From a virus, in IMG/VR virus record IMGVR_UViG_3300006802_000073, positions 85,081-149,080 of that record: 64,000 nt of DNA; one strand, given 5' to 3'. The notes below the pieces were generated by a model. The model ran no database searches. It was not told the origin of the DNA and saw nothing but the letters and a program-made list of their open reading frames with translations. The translations under genes and the position numbers were made by a program. Below are positions 26,166 to 35,494 of the stretch, in pieces (within the stretch, counting starts at the first letter, position 1; each line of letters begins with the position of its first letter).

Positions 26166-27884
26166 ACTTCTAACTACTGAGAAGTTATTGTGTTTCTCGA
26201 ATCTGATTACAGAACGAAACTTGTCGTAGAGTGCATCTGGTTTATGGCTGATTACAAAAAGATTTGTCTCTTCACCCAAAGTATTCAAAAGAGACATAAG
26301 AAAATCTGTACCATTATTGTCTAATGAACTATCGAAGATTTCATCAAGTATTAAAATATTTGTACTTACTGAATTCTTCATTTTAGCTATTGTTCTCCAT
26401 GTAAATAAAAGTGATAGATCTATACGTTGTTTTTCACCCTCACTAAATGATGCATAACTAAATTCATCTCTATGACGGGATTTTATCACTTCATTGAAGG
26501 CTTCATCTAATTCAAAATGAACAAAGAAATCCATCAATGTTAAATATTTATTTACTAATTTGTTAATGATAGGAAGATATTGTCGTATTACTTTTGTCTT
26601 AATTCCTGTATCTTTCAACAATAGAGTGCAGATATTGTAATATTCTTGTTCTTCTTTTAAAGATGTTTTTTCATTGGATAAATTGAGTACTTCTTTAGCG
26701 AGTTCCTTTAACTTCTTCTTCTCCTGATCTAAATTATTTACTATATCATCTGTTGGTTGAGTTTCTTGTTTTCGTAATTTGGTTAAGTATCGTTCACTCG
26801 CAAGAATGATACTATTGTGCTCATGGATCTTTTTGTTTAGTTCATCAATTTCATCATTAAGATGATCAATAGTATCTATACTTCTTGTTATCTTTTTCAA
26901 ATCTTTATTTAATTTTTTAATTGCTTCTTCTACTTCTTTATATTTAGTTTGTTTTTGTTGAATGATATCTTCTTTGTATTCCTGTGTAATAGATTGTTTG
27001 CATGTTGGACATTCATCATTATTTTTATAGAAAACAATTTCAGTTGATAACTTTACATTACATGTGTCTAGTTTCTGCTGCATTGTTTTTACTTTAACTA
27101 GTTTACTTTCTAATGTATCTTTTCTGTCAGTTTTCTTTCTTTTTTCAGTAACATCATTCATTAATAGATCGATGGTTTTTTGAGCAGTTTCTATTTCTGT
27201 AGTAGTTTTTTCTATCTCATTACGAACTTCTTCTGCTTTTTTATCTCTTGTATCTTCGATCTTTTTAATAAAATCTTTTTGCATCTTCGCTTTTTGTTTC
27301 TGTAATTCTATTTTACTATCAAGATCCCGAATAGTATCTTTATTAAATGATAATTTTTCTTTAAGTAAAGTATTCATTACAGAGAAGATCTGAATATCAA
27401 GAATATCTTCAATAACTTCTCTACGATGTGCTAAAGGCAACTGCATAAAAGGAGTAAAAGATGCACTACCGAGAATACCTATCTGTGTAAATGCTTTATA
27501 ATTAAATTTTAAAATTTGCTCCTCAAGTACTTTTTGATAATCTTTAGATGCAGCATCTTGATTAACTAATACCCCATTACAAAATATAGTGAAGATATTA
27601 GGTTTAATTCCTCTTGTTACAATATATTTCTTCTTATTAGTTATAAACTCTACTTCAACAATCAATTCTTTTTGATTAATAGAATTGATCAATTGTGGTT
27701 TATTGATATTGCGAAATGCTTTACCAAAAAGGGCAAAACAAATGGCATCGAGAATAGTACTTTTGCCTGCACCATTTTCGCCAAGAATTAATGTAGTTGT
27801 GCTTCTATTTAATTGAATCTCTGTAAAAGAGTTACCTGTAGATAAAAAGTTACGCCATCTAATTTTTTCAAAATTTACACTCAT
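26160..27884 (-). CDS. 46: Recombination endonuclease subunit gp46 (Rad50/SbcC-like)
   Basis: NFLSTGN, GENGAGKST, CPTC hook, FSEGEK, LDEIFD. Confidence 0.96.
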   Translation of the reverse strand: MSVNFEKIRWRNFLSTGNSFTEIQLNRSTTTLILGENGAGKSTILDAICFALFGKAFRNINKPQLINSINQKELIVEVEFITNKKKYIVTRGIKPNIFTIFCNGVLVNQDAASKDYQKVLEEQILKFNYKAFTQIGILGSASFTPFMQLPLAHRREVIEDILDIQIFSVMNTLLKEKLSFNKDTIRDLDSKIELQKQKAKMQKDFIKKIEDTRDKKAEEVRNEIEKTTTEIETAQKTIDLLMNDVTEKRKKTDRKDTLESKLVKVKTMQQKLDTCNVKLSTEIVFYKNNDECPTCKQSITQEYKEDIIQQKQTKYKEVEEAIKKLNKDLKKITRSIDTIDHLNDEIDELNKKIHEHNSIILASERYLTKLRKQETQPTDDIVNNLDQEKKKLKELAKEVLNLSNEKTSLKEEQEYYNICTLLLKDTGIKTKVIRQYLPIINKLVNKYLTLMDFFVHFELDEAFNEVIKSRHRDEFSYASFSEGEKQRIDLSLLFTWRTIAKMKNSVSTNILILDEIFDSSLDNNGTDFLMSLLNTLGEETNLFVISHKPDALYDKFRSVIRFEKHNNFSVVRSA

Positions 27885-28933
27885 TCGTTTAACACCTGTG
27901 CTTCCACATAAAGACTTTTTAAAATTGTTTTTATTTTATCTTTATTCATAGGAGTTTCCACTGCATCAACATATGAAGAAAGTAAAGACATCGTATCCTC
28001 TATACTAACAGATTCATTATCCTCTGTCGATTCAAAATCAGAAAAATCTTCAACAATCTTTAAATCTAATGGTATAGAAGAATACAAAGAATCAATAAAC
28101 TTATCAAACATATAAAAATCTGTTTTCTTTTCTACAATAAGTTTTACATTTTTATTTGAATACTTATTCACTGATACTTTGCTATAATCGGTGTTTTCAT
28201 CATTATAATAAATCTTTTCAAAAATTGTATTAGGGTTTAGTACAAATTCAAGTTGCAAAGTATCAGTATCAAGAATATTAAATCCTCTTTGATCACCATG
28301 ATCTTGCCAAGTAAATTCATATGGATTGCCTAAATAAACTATATTCTTATTAGCTGATCTATGATGATAATGTCCTGAACAAACCAATTTATAATCCGCA
28401 AGAAGAGAAGGATCCATTCCATCTTCACTTACTTGTCCTCTATACATAGGGAATCCAGAGAACTCAAAATGTCCTAGACATACCGAAGCTGCACCTTCTT
28501 TTATTATTTGTATAGATTCATCATGTGTTGCTGCACAGATCCATGGCATCATAAGAATATCGATTCCACCTATTCTAACTACTTCAGGTTTAGCATAAGT
28601 AATAATATTAGAATAACCCATTAAAAGAATATCTGGTGAATTAATCTCATTTGAATTTTTATATGTTGTATCATGGTTACCTGTAAGTACATGTGCTGTA
28701 ATACCTCTAGATTCTAGTTCATCAAAGAAGTATCGTTTACAGGATCTAAGAGTAACATAATTGATATATTTTCTTCTATCAAAAACGTCGCCTAGATGAA
28801 TGATAGTATCTATTTCTCGTTTTTCAAGTTCGGGGAAGAAAACCTCTGTATAGAATTTTTCAAAAAACTTATCGTATATTATAGAATCGGAACGTGCTCC
28901 GAAGTGCGTATCGGTAACTAATGCTATTTGCAT
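27881..28933 (-). CDS. 47: Recombination endonuclease subunit gp47 (Mre11/SbcD-like)
   Basis: TDTHFG, LGDVFD, GNHD, SGHYH. Confidence 0.96.
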   Translation of the reverse strand: MQIALVTDTHFGARSDSIIYDKFFEKFYTEVFFPELEKREIDTIIHLGDVFDRRKYINYVTLRSCKRYFFDELESRGITAHVLTGNHDTTYKNSNEINSPDILLMGYSNIITYAKPEVVRIGGIDILMMPWICAATHDESIQIIKEGAASVCLGHFEFSGFPMYRGQVSEDGMDPSLLADYKLVCSGHYHHRSANKNIVYLGNPYEFTWQDHGDQRGFNILDTDTLQLEFVLNPNTIFEKIYYNDENTDYSKVSVNKYSNKNVKLIVEKKTDFYMFDKFIDSLYSSIPLDLKIVEDFSDFESTEDNESVSIEDTMSLLSSYVDAVETPMNKDKIKTILKSLYVEAQVLNE

Positions 28934-29391
28934 TATTCATTAATCCACATTGCCGAATTTGAAGGAGTTTCCATTACTTTAACCATTCTTAATTTAACAC
29001 GACCATCATTATAACCATTTTCTTCCATCCAAATATCTTGGATATAATCTGCAAGAAACTTTGCTAATCCTTCACATCCAGTTTTTTCAACAACAACCAT
29101 TTTGCATAGTTTCTTTTCATGTAACATTTCAAAGGTTTTGAATTCGGGATCATCTTCTGCTACTAATAAAGTATGATCAAACCAATCATCTAATTTTTCT
29201 TTTAGAGATTTGAATCCTCCGAAGTCAACGCACCAATTTCTATTATCTAGTTCAGTACATTCAAATTCAAAATGAAAAGCCAAAGCATAACCATGAATTT
29301 TATTACAATGAGTATCTGCTCTCCATTGGCGATATGCTACGGCATAACCTCTTTCATGTCCATAGGTTTTTGTTGAAATATATTTACTCAT
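28933..29391 (-). CDS. queD: 6-carboxy-5,6,7,8-tetrahydropterin synthase
   Basis: HCNKIHGY (CxxxHG), DFGG..LK...FDH, ETPSN. Confidence 0.88.
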   Translation of the reverse strand: MSKYISTKTYGHERGYAVAYRQWRADTHCNKIHGYALAFHFEFECTELDNRNWCVDFGGFKSLKEKLDDWFDHTLLVAEDDPEFKTFEMLHEKKLCKMVVVEKTGCEGLAKFLADYIQDIWMEENGYNDGRVKLRMVKVMETPSNSAMWINE

Positions 29392-29392
29392 A

Positions 29393-30448
29393 TCAATCCT
29401 TTAAAAGTTTATTAATCATAATTGTAGGAGTTAAATAATTATCAATTAGATCTTTTCTTTGTTCCTCCATACTTTGATATAGATTATCATAATTGTTTAT
29501 AAGATTGTTTATAAAATTGATTAGATTCTTTTTATATTTTTTATAATTATCAAATGATGAAGTCCATTCTGATGGATATTTAAATATATCGAGGTACATT
29601 TCTTGATATGAACATCTATTAGGAACAATAGGTATAGCACCTGCTAATGTTCCCTCCATCATACTGATACCAAGATTTTCATGCAAAGAACAACTAAATA
29701 CAGCTTTAACTTCACTTAAGTTCTTATAATAAAGTTCTTTGGAGAGATGTTTTTCTTGAGTAATGAGAATATCGAAATCTGTTTTTAAATCTGTAACTAT
29801 CTCGGGTTGTTTATCTTCATTTAATCTATGTGGAAACATGATAACATTTTTTCGTTCTTTGTTATCTTTATAACAAACTAATTCTTCAATAATAGGAGTA
29901 TGTGGTTGCCCTGATCTATATGCTTTTAAAGCACCTACACATAAATTTTCACAAAACATATCTTTATGAAAATTTGTGGCAAAGTAATTATAATCACTTG
30001 CATAATACCATGCTCGCTCTTGATTAGATGCCCAACCTGTTGTCATCTTCATACCAAGAATATCTGAAGGATCATAATTGCCGGCATGCCAAATTGAATG
30101 AATTTCTACAGGTATATTTAGTAATTCACTCATATATTTGATAGAAGTTATTACAAAATTCCATGCATCAGTGACAAGAAACTTATCTCCTGGTTTAACT
30201 TGTCCAAAACTAAATAGTGAAGAAATTCTTTCTACTTGAGATGCTTTATAAAGGTTTGTAGAGCCAAAATCTAAGAAAGCACCTTTTGTAGTGCTAGAAG
30301 AAATTAAAGTGCCATCTATATTCTCAATTCTAATTTGTAATTTATTTTTTTTGATTTCTTTTTCTAAGATCTTAGGTATATTATCATACCATTGTTTAGT
30401 ATAACGTTGTTCTATAGGTTCTATAGGTACAATATAAATAGTTTTCAT
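29393..30448 (-). CDS. Glycosyltransferase (GT-B) inside the deazaguanine cluster
   Basis: FPHR...KQP, HENLGISMMEG..AGAIPIVP (E-x7-E GT-B/GT4-type motif). Confidence 0.75.
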   Translation of the reverse strand: MKTIYIVPIEPIEQRYTKQWYDNIPKILEKEIKKNKLQIRIENIDGTLISSSTTKGAFLDFGSTNLYKASQVERISSLFSFGQVKPGDKFLVTDAWNFVITSIKYMSELLNIPVEIHSIWHAGNYDPSDILGMKMTTGWASNQERAWYYASDYNYFATNFHKDMFCENLCVGALKAYRSGQPHTPIIEELVCYKDNKERKNVIMFPHRLNEDKQPEIVTDLKTDFDILITQEKHLSKELYYKNLSEVKAVFSCSLHENLGISMMEGTLAGAIPIVPNRCSYQEMYLDIFKYPSEWTSSFDNYKKYKKNLINFINNLINNYDNLYQSMEEQRKDLIDNYLTPTIMINKLLKD

Positions 30449-30825
30449 GGTTTAAACTCTAAAATGGCTCCATTTTCATCATCTTCATAAACTTTAATAA
30501 CTGTTTTTCTATTACTATAAACGGGATGAGTTTGTATTTGATTATATAAATCTTCAGCTAACATCTCACAAGATTTAAAATCTATATATTGAGTACCTAC
30601 TCTATATAAATTTTCCAACCATCTCTTAAATTGTATAAATTCAACTTCTCTATCATTATGTGTTACTTCAAGTGATACATAAAAATGAAAGATGTGTCTA
30701 TGAGCATTAGCTAAAAAAGATACATCTAAATAATCACCAGTCTTTAAATTGGAATCTATAGCAGCGGCTGGATAACTATGTACTCCCTCTTTTGTAAACT
30801 TAACTTCAATTCGTCTTTTAACCAT
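30445..30825 (-). CDS. QueD-paralog T-fold protein, DpdL-like (candidate CDG decarboxylase)
   Basis: LANAHRHIF fits the LxxxHRHxF signature I recall for DpdL; SCEMLA and VYEDDENG; adjacent to DpdA-like gene. Confidence 0.6.
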   Translation of the reverse strand: MVKRRIEVKFTKEGVHSYPAAAIDSNLKTGDYLDVSFLANAHRHIFHFYVSLEVTHNDREVEFIQFKRWLENLYRVGTQYIDFKSCEMLAEDLYNQIQTHPVYSNRKTVIKVYEDDENGAILEFKP

Positions 30826-30826
30826 C

Positions 30827-32092
30827 TTATTCTCCAAATAATGCTTCAAGTGCTGGAGTAGGATTATAAATCCCTAACGCATCACTGTCAATATATTTAC
30901 CAACAGAACTTAACCATTTATTGAAATCTTCTAAAGTTTGTACTTCTTTTAAAGATCTAAATGCACTTTGATAAATCGGAGATAAAAGTTTTAACATATC
31001 TTCTTCATTATTAACCATATGATCTACACATTTAGCAAAATTTTTAATAGCGGATGAAATATATGCAACTGCTGTTTCTATAGAAGGATCTGTTGAACCA
31101 TATTTCTTTGCTATAACAGATGGTGGATTATTTAAACATTCATGCAAGAGATGCACATCGTGGTTAAAAACATTAGGAAAATTACTATTTATATCTTTAT
31201 GAATAGTCTCATAATCTAAATTAAGATATCTAGGATAATTTAACATTTTTGTTTTATAAAAATATAATCCTCTTGTTATAGAAGCAGTATGTGTGGTTGA
31301 ATCATAACTGATAACCATATTTTTATATAGTTCATTTTGAACAAATACTAAAGTAGGAATCATTCTAGGAAATGCACCTACACCTAAAAGATGCATATGA
31401 TTATGTTCTAATTCAATGGGTAATTGAGTAAAGTAAAATGCTCGTTTAATATCTTCTAATGTTCCTTTACCTAAAGCAGCGGCTCCCATAGCAATTCCAC
31501 CAATATACTTTACATGATTAGATGGAATTTCTTTTAACATTAATTCAACCCATTTCATATAAGAATCATAACAATTACCTTGAGCAATTAGAAAAGGTTT
31601 AGTTTTAGATTTTTGATCTAAGAAATATTGTATTTGTTTTTCTAAATTTTTACCAGATTCTTTAGCACATGACTCTAATGATTCTGGATCAAATTTTCTT
31701 GTAGTAGTATCTAATCTTACAGATCGATCACCTAAAACTTTTACTGGAATCATATCAAAAGACATAGCAACATCACTATATTTTGCTTGATTAGCATAAA
31801 TATCCATCTTAAGTTGTTCAGTAATAGTTTTACCTAAAGTAATCATCTGCAATCCACCCGAATCAGCATGAATTTGATGAACTAAAGGTCTTACAGTATC
31901 TTGAAACATCTCACCATGAGCAGTTTCAACAAAGGCATTATAAAGTAATGAAACTTTATGATTGTGTTTATCGTTTATAGATGCATATGTTTTTTTGAAA
32001 AAATCTAGAATATTTGGAGTTAATCCATTCTTCTTATTGATTCTAAAATAACTAAAACCTGAGGCAACATATTCAAATTTAACATTTTGCAT
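30827..32092 (-). CDS. DpdA/TGT-like 7-deazaguanine DNA transglycosylase
   Basis: ADSGGLQ (TGT catalytic DSGG), FD.IP, QG, HLLGVG, SYDSTTH; flanked by folE/queD/queE. Confidence 0.75.
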   Translation of the reverse strand: MQNVKFEYVASGFSYFRINKKNGLTPNILDFFKKTYASINDKHNHKVSLLYNAFVETAHGEMFQDTVRPLVHQIHADSGGLQMITLGKTITEQLKMDIYANQAKYSDVAMSFDMIPVKVLGDRSVRLDTTTRKFDPESLESCAKESGKNLEKQIQYFLDQKSKTKPFLIAQGNCYDSYMKWVELMLKEIPSNHVKYIGGIAMGAAALGKGTLEDIKRAFYFTQLPIELEHNHMHLLGVGAFPRMIPTLVFVQNELYKNMVISYDSTTHTASITRGLYFYKTKMLNYPRYLNLDYETIHKDINSNFPNVFNHDVHLLHECLNNPPSVIAKKYGSTDPSIETAVAYISSAIKNFAKCVDHMVNNEEDMLKLLSPIYQSAFRSLKEVQTLEDFNKWLSSVGKYIDSDALGIYNPTPALEALFGE

Positions 32093-32094
32093 AA

Positions 32095-32763
32095 TTACTT
32101 TTGCCTCAGATTTAAAATTTGATAAAATTCTTCTTTAATGCTTTTATCTTCTAAAAAACAACCACGCATAACTGCAGTGGTCATATCTGACTCATGTTCT
32201 CTAACTCCTCTATGAGTCATACAATGATGCTCTGCTTTAATAACAACAGCAATATCAGGTGTCTCCGCGAATTTTACAAGAGCGTCAGCAATTTGAGTAG
32301 TCATCTCCTCTTGAATCTGTGGTCTTTCAGCAATATGATGTACAATTCGATTAAACTTTGACAAACCAATAACTTTTTCATTAGGTAAAACTCCTACCCA
32401 ACAACTTCCAACAATATTTTGAAAATGATGAGCACATGTACTACGAATAGAAATAGGTCCACAAGTATATAAATTTTTATAACCTATATTTGGAAAACTT
32501 GTTACATCGGGTGCAGGATCATATCTACCACCAAATACTTCATTAATCCACATCTTCGCTACTCTATGAGCAGTTTCTTTCGTATTATGATCGTTATCAA
32601 TATCGATAACAAGAGATTGTAAGATACCGCGCATCTTCTTTTCAATCTCTTCAATTAATTTTTCTTTTTCACCAGGTTTCAAATATTCTGAAATATTATC
32701 ATTAGAAACAAATGATGCACCTGCTTCATTGATACGAGCACGAATTTTATCAGAAATTGCCAT
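32095..32763 (-). CDS. folE: GTP cyclohydrolase I
   Basis: STCAHH, GLSKFNRI, RPQIQEE, HHCMTHRGV. Confidence 0.96.
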   Translation of the reverse strand: MAISDKIRARINEAGASFVSNDNISEYLKPGEKEKLIEEIEKKMRGILQSLVIDIDNDHNTKETAHRVAKMWINEVFGGRYDPAPDVTSFPNIGYKNLYTCGPISIRSTCAHHFQNIVGSCWVGVLPNEKVIGLSKFNRIVHHIAERPQIQEEMTTQIADALVKFAETPDIAVVIKAEHHCMTHRGVREHESDMTTAVMRGCFLEDKSIKEEFYQILNLRQK

Positions 32764-33275
32764 TATGACCTCATTATTTTAAGTAAATGTTTTGTTTGAT
32801 GGATTGCATCATCTAAAGCATTATGATAAACACCTTCTCTTTCATCTTCAGGAAGAACAATAATATTTTTAATTGTTCTATAACATCTATCATCCCACCA
32901 ATTCCATGGACGTATATTTCCTATAGCAAAATAAGCATTTTCCATAATTACATTATCAAATCCAGCACCATTACCCCATGTAAATAAACTTTTTTCACCA
33001 TACCATTCTTTAAACTTTGTTAAAGCATCATCTAAAGATATACAATCTATAGTCAATGCTTTAAGTGCTTCTTTATTTTGCTTCATCCACCATTCAATTG
33101 TATCTTTTGAAAAGTGCAATCCATAATTCTTACATGATTGAGCCTCTATTGTACAATAGAATGTGTCTATAATGCCACTCTCAATTGTAAATTTTACTGC
33201 ACCAATAGAACAAATTGCAGCATTAGATCTAGTTGACATAGTTTCTAAGTCAATCATCACATTCTGTTTATTCAT
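32763..33275 (-). CDS. DEDDh 3'-5' exonuclease (DexA-like)
   Basis: MIDLETM, WGNGAGFD, HNALDDA. Confidence 0.88.
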   Translation of the reverse strand: MNKQNVMIDLETMSTRSNAAICSIGAVKFTIESGIIDTFYCTIEAQSCKNYGLHFSKDTIEWWMKQNKEALKALTIDCISLDDALTKFKEWYGEKSLFTWGNGAGFDNVIMENAYFAIGNIRPWNWWDDRCYRTIKNIIVLPEDEREGVYHNALDDAIHQTKHLLKIMRS

Positions 33276-33687
33276 TTTCCCACCAAAAAGTAATCCAACT
33301 AGGATCTAATGTCTTGTCAATTGTTCTACCATAAAAATCTGGTTCACCTAATATCTGACCTCTATTATAAATCAATGAGGTATATTTGCAATTAGGAAAA
33401 AGTTTTTTAACTTTTAAAAAAGTATCACCCGTATCAACAATATCATCCACAACGAGAACTTCTAAATTGTACTTGTTTATTACTCTAAATATGGGATTGA
33501 GTTTTAAATCATCATTAAAATTTAAAGCCTCAACATTCTTAATATTAAGAGCATGTGCTAACATTGTAGCAGGGATCAATCCACCTCGTGTAATCCCTAT
33601 TACTGTAAATGGCTCAAACTTATCTTCTTTAATTTGTTTAACAATATTGTTTATATCATCACTAAACATGTCAAAGGTATAATTCAT
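33268..33687 (-). CDS. Type I phosphoribosyltransferase (purine PRTase-like)
   Basis: ITRGGLIPA, VLVVDDIVDTGDT PRPP loop, WITFWWE. Confidence 0.9.
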   Translation of the reverse strand: MNYTFDMFSDDINNIVKQIKEDKFEPFTVIGITRGGLIPATMLAHALNIKNVEALNFNDDLKLNPIFRVINKYNLEVLVVDDIVDTGDTFLKVKKLFPNCKYTSLIYNRGQILGEPDFYGRTIDKTLDPSWITFWWENE

Positions 33688-34527
33688 CTAGGTTCCCCAT
33701 TCATTTTTAAATAAAGGAACTTGCAATCTATCTGAATATCTCCATCCTCGTTTCATTGCCATCTCTGCAACTTTACGATTATTTAGCGAATATACTTCCT
33801 CTGTTCCTCCAACGGGCATCAAATACACTGGACCCCCAAATCCTGCTTTAACATATTCACTTACAGCTTGTTCTACTTCTTCAAGACTTTCTTCTCTTGA
33901 GATAACAAACTTTAAATAAGTATAACCAATACTTTGATATTCTACAACAATATCAGGAATAACTGCTTCAGACCATTTTTCACCTGATTCAGATAATTTA
34001 GGTGAGACTGAAAATGTAATATTATCTGGAGTTGCCCAATTACAAAGATAATCGTATAGATCCTCATGTAAAGACTGTGTTCCATTTGTTTCAAAAGTCA
34101 ATTCGGCAAGATCATACATCATTTCATGTGATAAAAGATCTTTATATGCTCTTTGCCATCCAAGTAATGGTTCTCCGCCTGTAATTACCAGATGTTCCTC
34201 CCTCCACATACCATGTGGTAAGAGCCCCATAATGGTGTTAACAATAGTATCGATACTAAGAACAGGGCTAAGATGCTTAAAAGCAGGATCCCAAGAAGCA
34301 TAACTATCACAGCCAGTACTAACAAGAGGAAGATCCCTATAAGTTGCGTAAGTCTTTCCATTAGCTGCGATTTTAAGTCGTTCTGCACTTAATTCTCCTT
34401 TGGGCATTCCAAATCCACCACAACTAAAATTACATCCAAAAGTACGAAGAAAGATACTTGGTACTCCCATATATCTACCTTCACCTTGTATTGAATAGAA
34501 TAATTCTGAAACTTTAATTTTACTCAT
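33688..34527 (-). CDS. queE: 7-carboxy-7-deazaguanine synthase (radical SAM)
   Basis: ELFYSIQGEG...FLRTFGCNFSC...CDS, ITGGEPL, ETNGT, SPKL. Confidence 0.92.
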   Translation of the reverse strand: MSKIKVSELFYSIQGEGRYMGVPSIFLRTFGCNFSCGGFGMPKGELSAERLKIAANGKTYATYRDLPLVSTGCDSYASWDPAFKHLSPVLSIDTIVNTIMGLLPHGMWREEHLVITGGEPLLGWQRAYKDLLSHEMMYDLAELTFETNGTQSLHEDLYDYLCNWATPDNITFSVSPKLSESGEKWSEAVIPDIVVEYQSIGYTYLKFVISREESLEEVEQAVSEYVKAGFGGPVYLMPVGGTEEVYSLNNRKVAEMAMKRGWRYSDRLQVPLFKNEWGT

Positions 34528-34538
34528 AGAAGTTCATC

Positions 34539-35081
34539 TCACAGTTCGTCAAAATTTAAAGAAGTTTTTTTCACCTCAGGTACTTTTTGTTTTCTATCTA
34601 CATTATGTTTCTTTTCTATATCTAAATATTCCATTTGCTTTCTAATATTATCTAAAATTTGACTATCAAAATCACCAAAATCTTGTTCCTGAGTAATGAT
34701 TTCTTCTAGATCAAAATTTTCCATCATCTTGTATTTAGTAACTTGTTGACGTTTTTCTTTTTGTATTCGTCTAACAAAAGCATAGAAAACTATTTGTGTA
34801 AAATATGCGAATGGGTTTTCAGATTTAGTTGGATCAAATTTTCTAACTGCAACTAAACAATTTTCTATGCCATCAGAAATCATATCATCTTTAAAAGTAT
34901 AATTAATAAAGTTCATCTTATAACTTAGATGAGTTGAGATCTTTATAAAGCATTCACCCAAATATTCTGTAACTATAGGAGTATCTTTGTTAGATTCTTC
35001 TGCTATTTTACATGTTTCTTTATAATCAATCAATGCTTGTAAAAACTTTTTATTATCTATATAATTTGCTTCTTTTTTCAT
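34539..35081 (-). CDS. 55: Late-transcription sigma factor gp55
   Basis: YIDNKKF, NFINYT, DMISDGIENC, NPFAYFTQI...RRIQKEK. Confidence 0.96.
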   Translation of the reverse strand: MKKEANYIDNKKFLQALIDYKETCKIAEESNKDTPIVTEYLGECFIKISTHLSYKMNFINYTFKDDMISDGIENCLVAVRKFDPTKSENPFAYFTQIVFYAFVRRIQKEKRQQVTKYKMMENFDLEEIITQEQDFGDFDSQILDNIRKQMEYLDIEKKHNVDRKQKVPEVKKTSLNFDEL

Positions 35082-35494
35082 CAATGTAACCATTTCTTAG
35101 TTTCTGTTATTTCTCTTTGTAACATCTCATCTATTTCATCAAAATCTTCATCATCTTCTTCAGAATTCATAAAATCTTCATTGGGTGTTGTCTTTAAATA
35201 TTCCAAATATCTTTCTTTAAACATATTTGAAAGCTCACCAATAAAAAGTATATTTTTATGTGGAATCTGTATAATATTTGCATCACAAAAAGGTATCCAT
35301 TTTTGCATAATATAACGTTCCATAATAACACCATTAATTGGCATTTTGAATGAAACTACTTCTATGGGTTCTATTGCCTCTAAGAAAGGATAATCTGTTT
35401 TAGTTATTTTTTTTGATGCACAAAGAAGATTTTCTCCATTAACAAGTTTAACAAAAAGGAATTCTATTTCTTCTGTATCTGTTTCGTTATTCAT
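35081..35494 (-). CDS. Conserved T4-like hypothetical protein
   Basis: VKL.NGE, W.PF, acidic tail; usual position between uvsW and 55. Confidence 0.65.
   Translation of the reverse strand: MNNETDTEEIEFLFVKLVNGENLLCASKKITKTDYPFLEAIEPIEVVSFKMPINGVIMERYIMQKWIPFCDANIIQIPHKNILFIGELSNMFKERYLEYLKTTPNEDFMNSEEDDEDFDEIDEMLQREITETKKWLH

Noticed and set aside
30827-32092. Canonical tRNA-guanine transglycosylase for queuosine
   Set aside because: Lacks the C-terminal CxCxxC zinc site of bacterial Tgt, and no queC/queF/queA is present; a DNA-acting DpdA-like role fits better but is unproven
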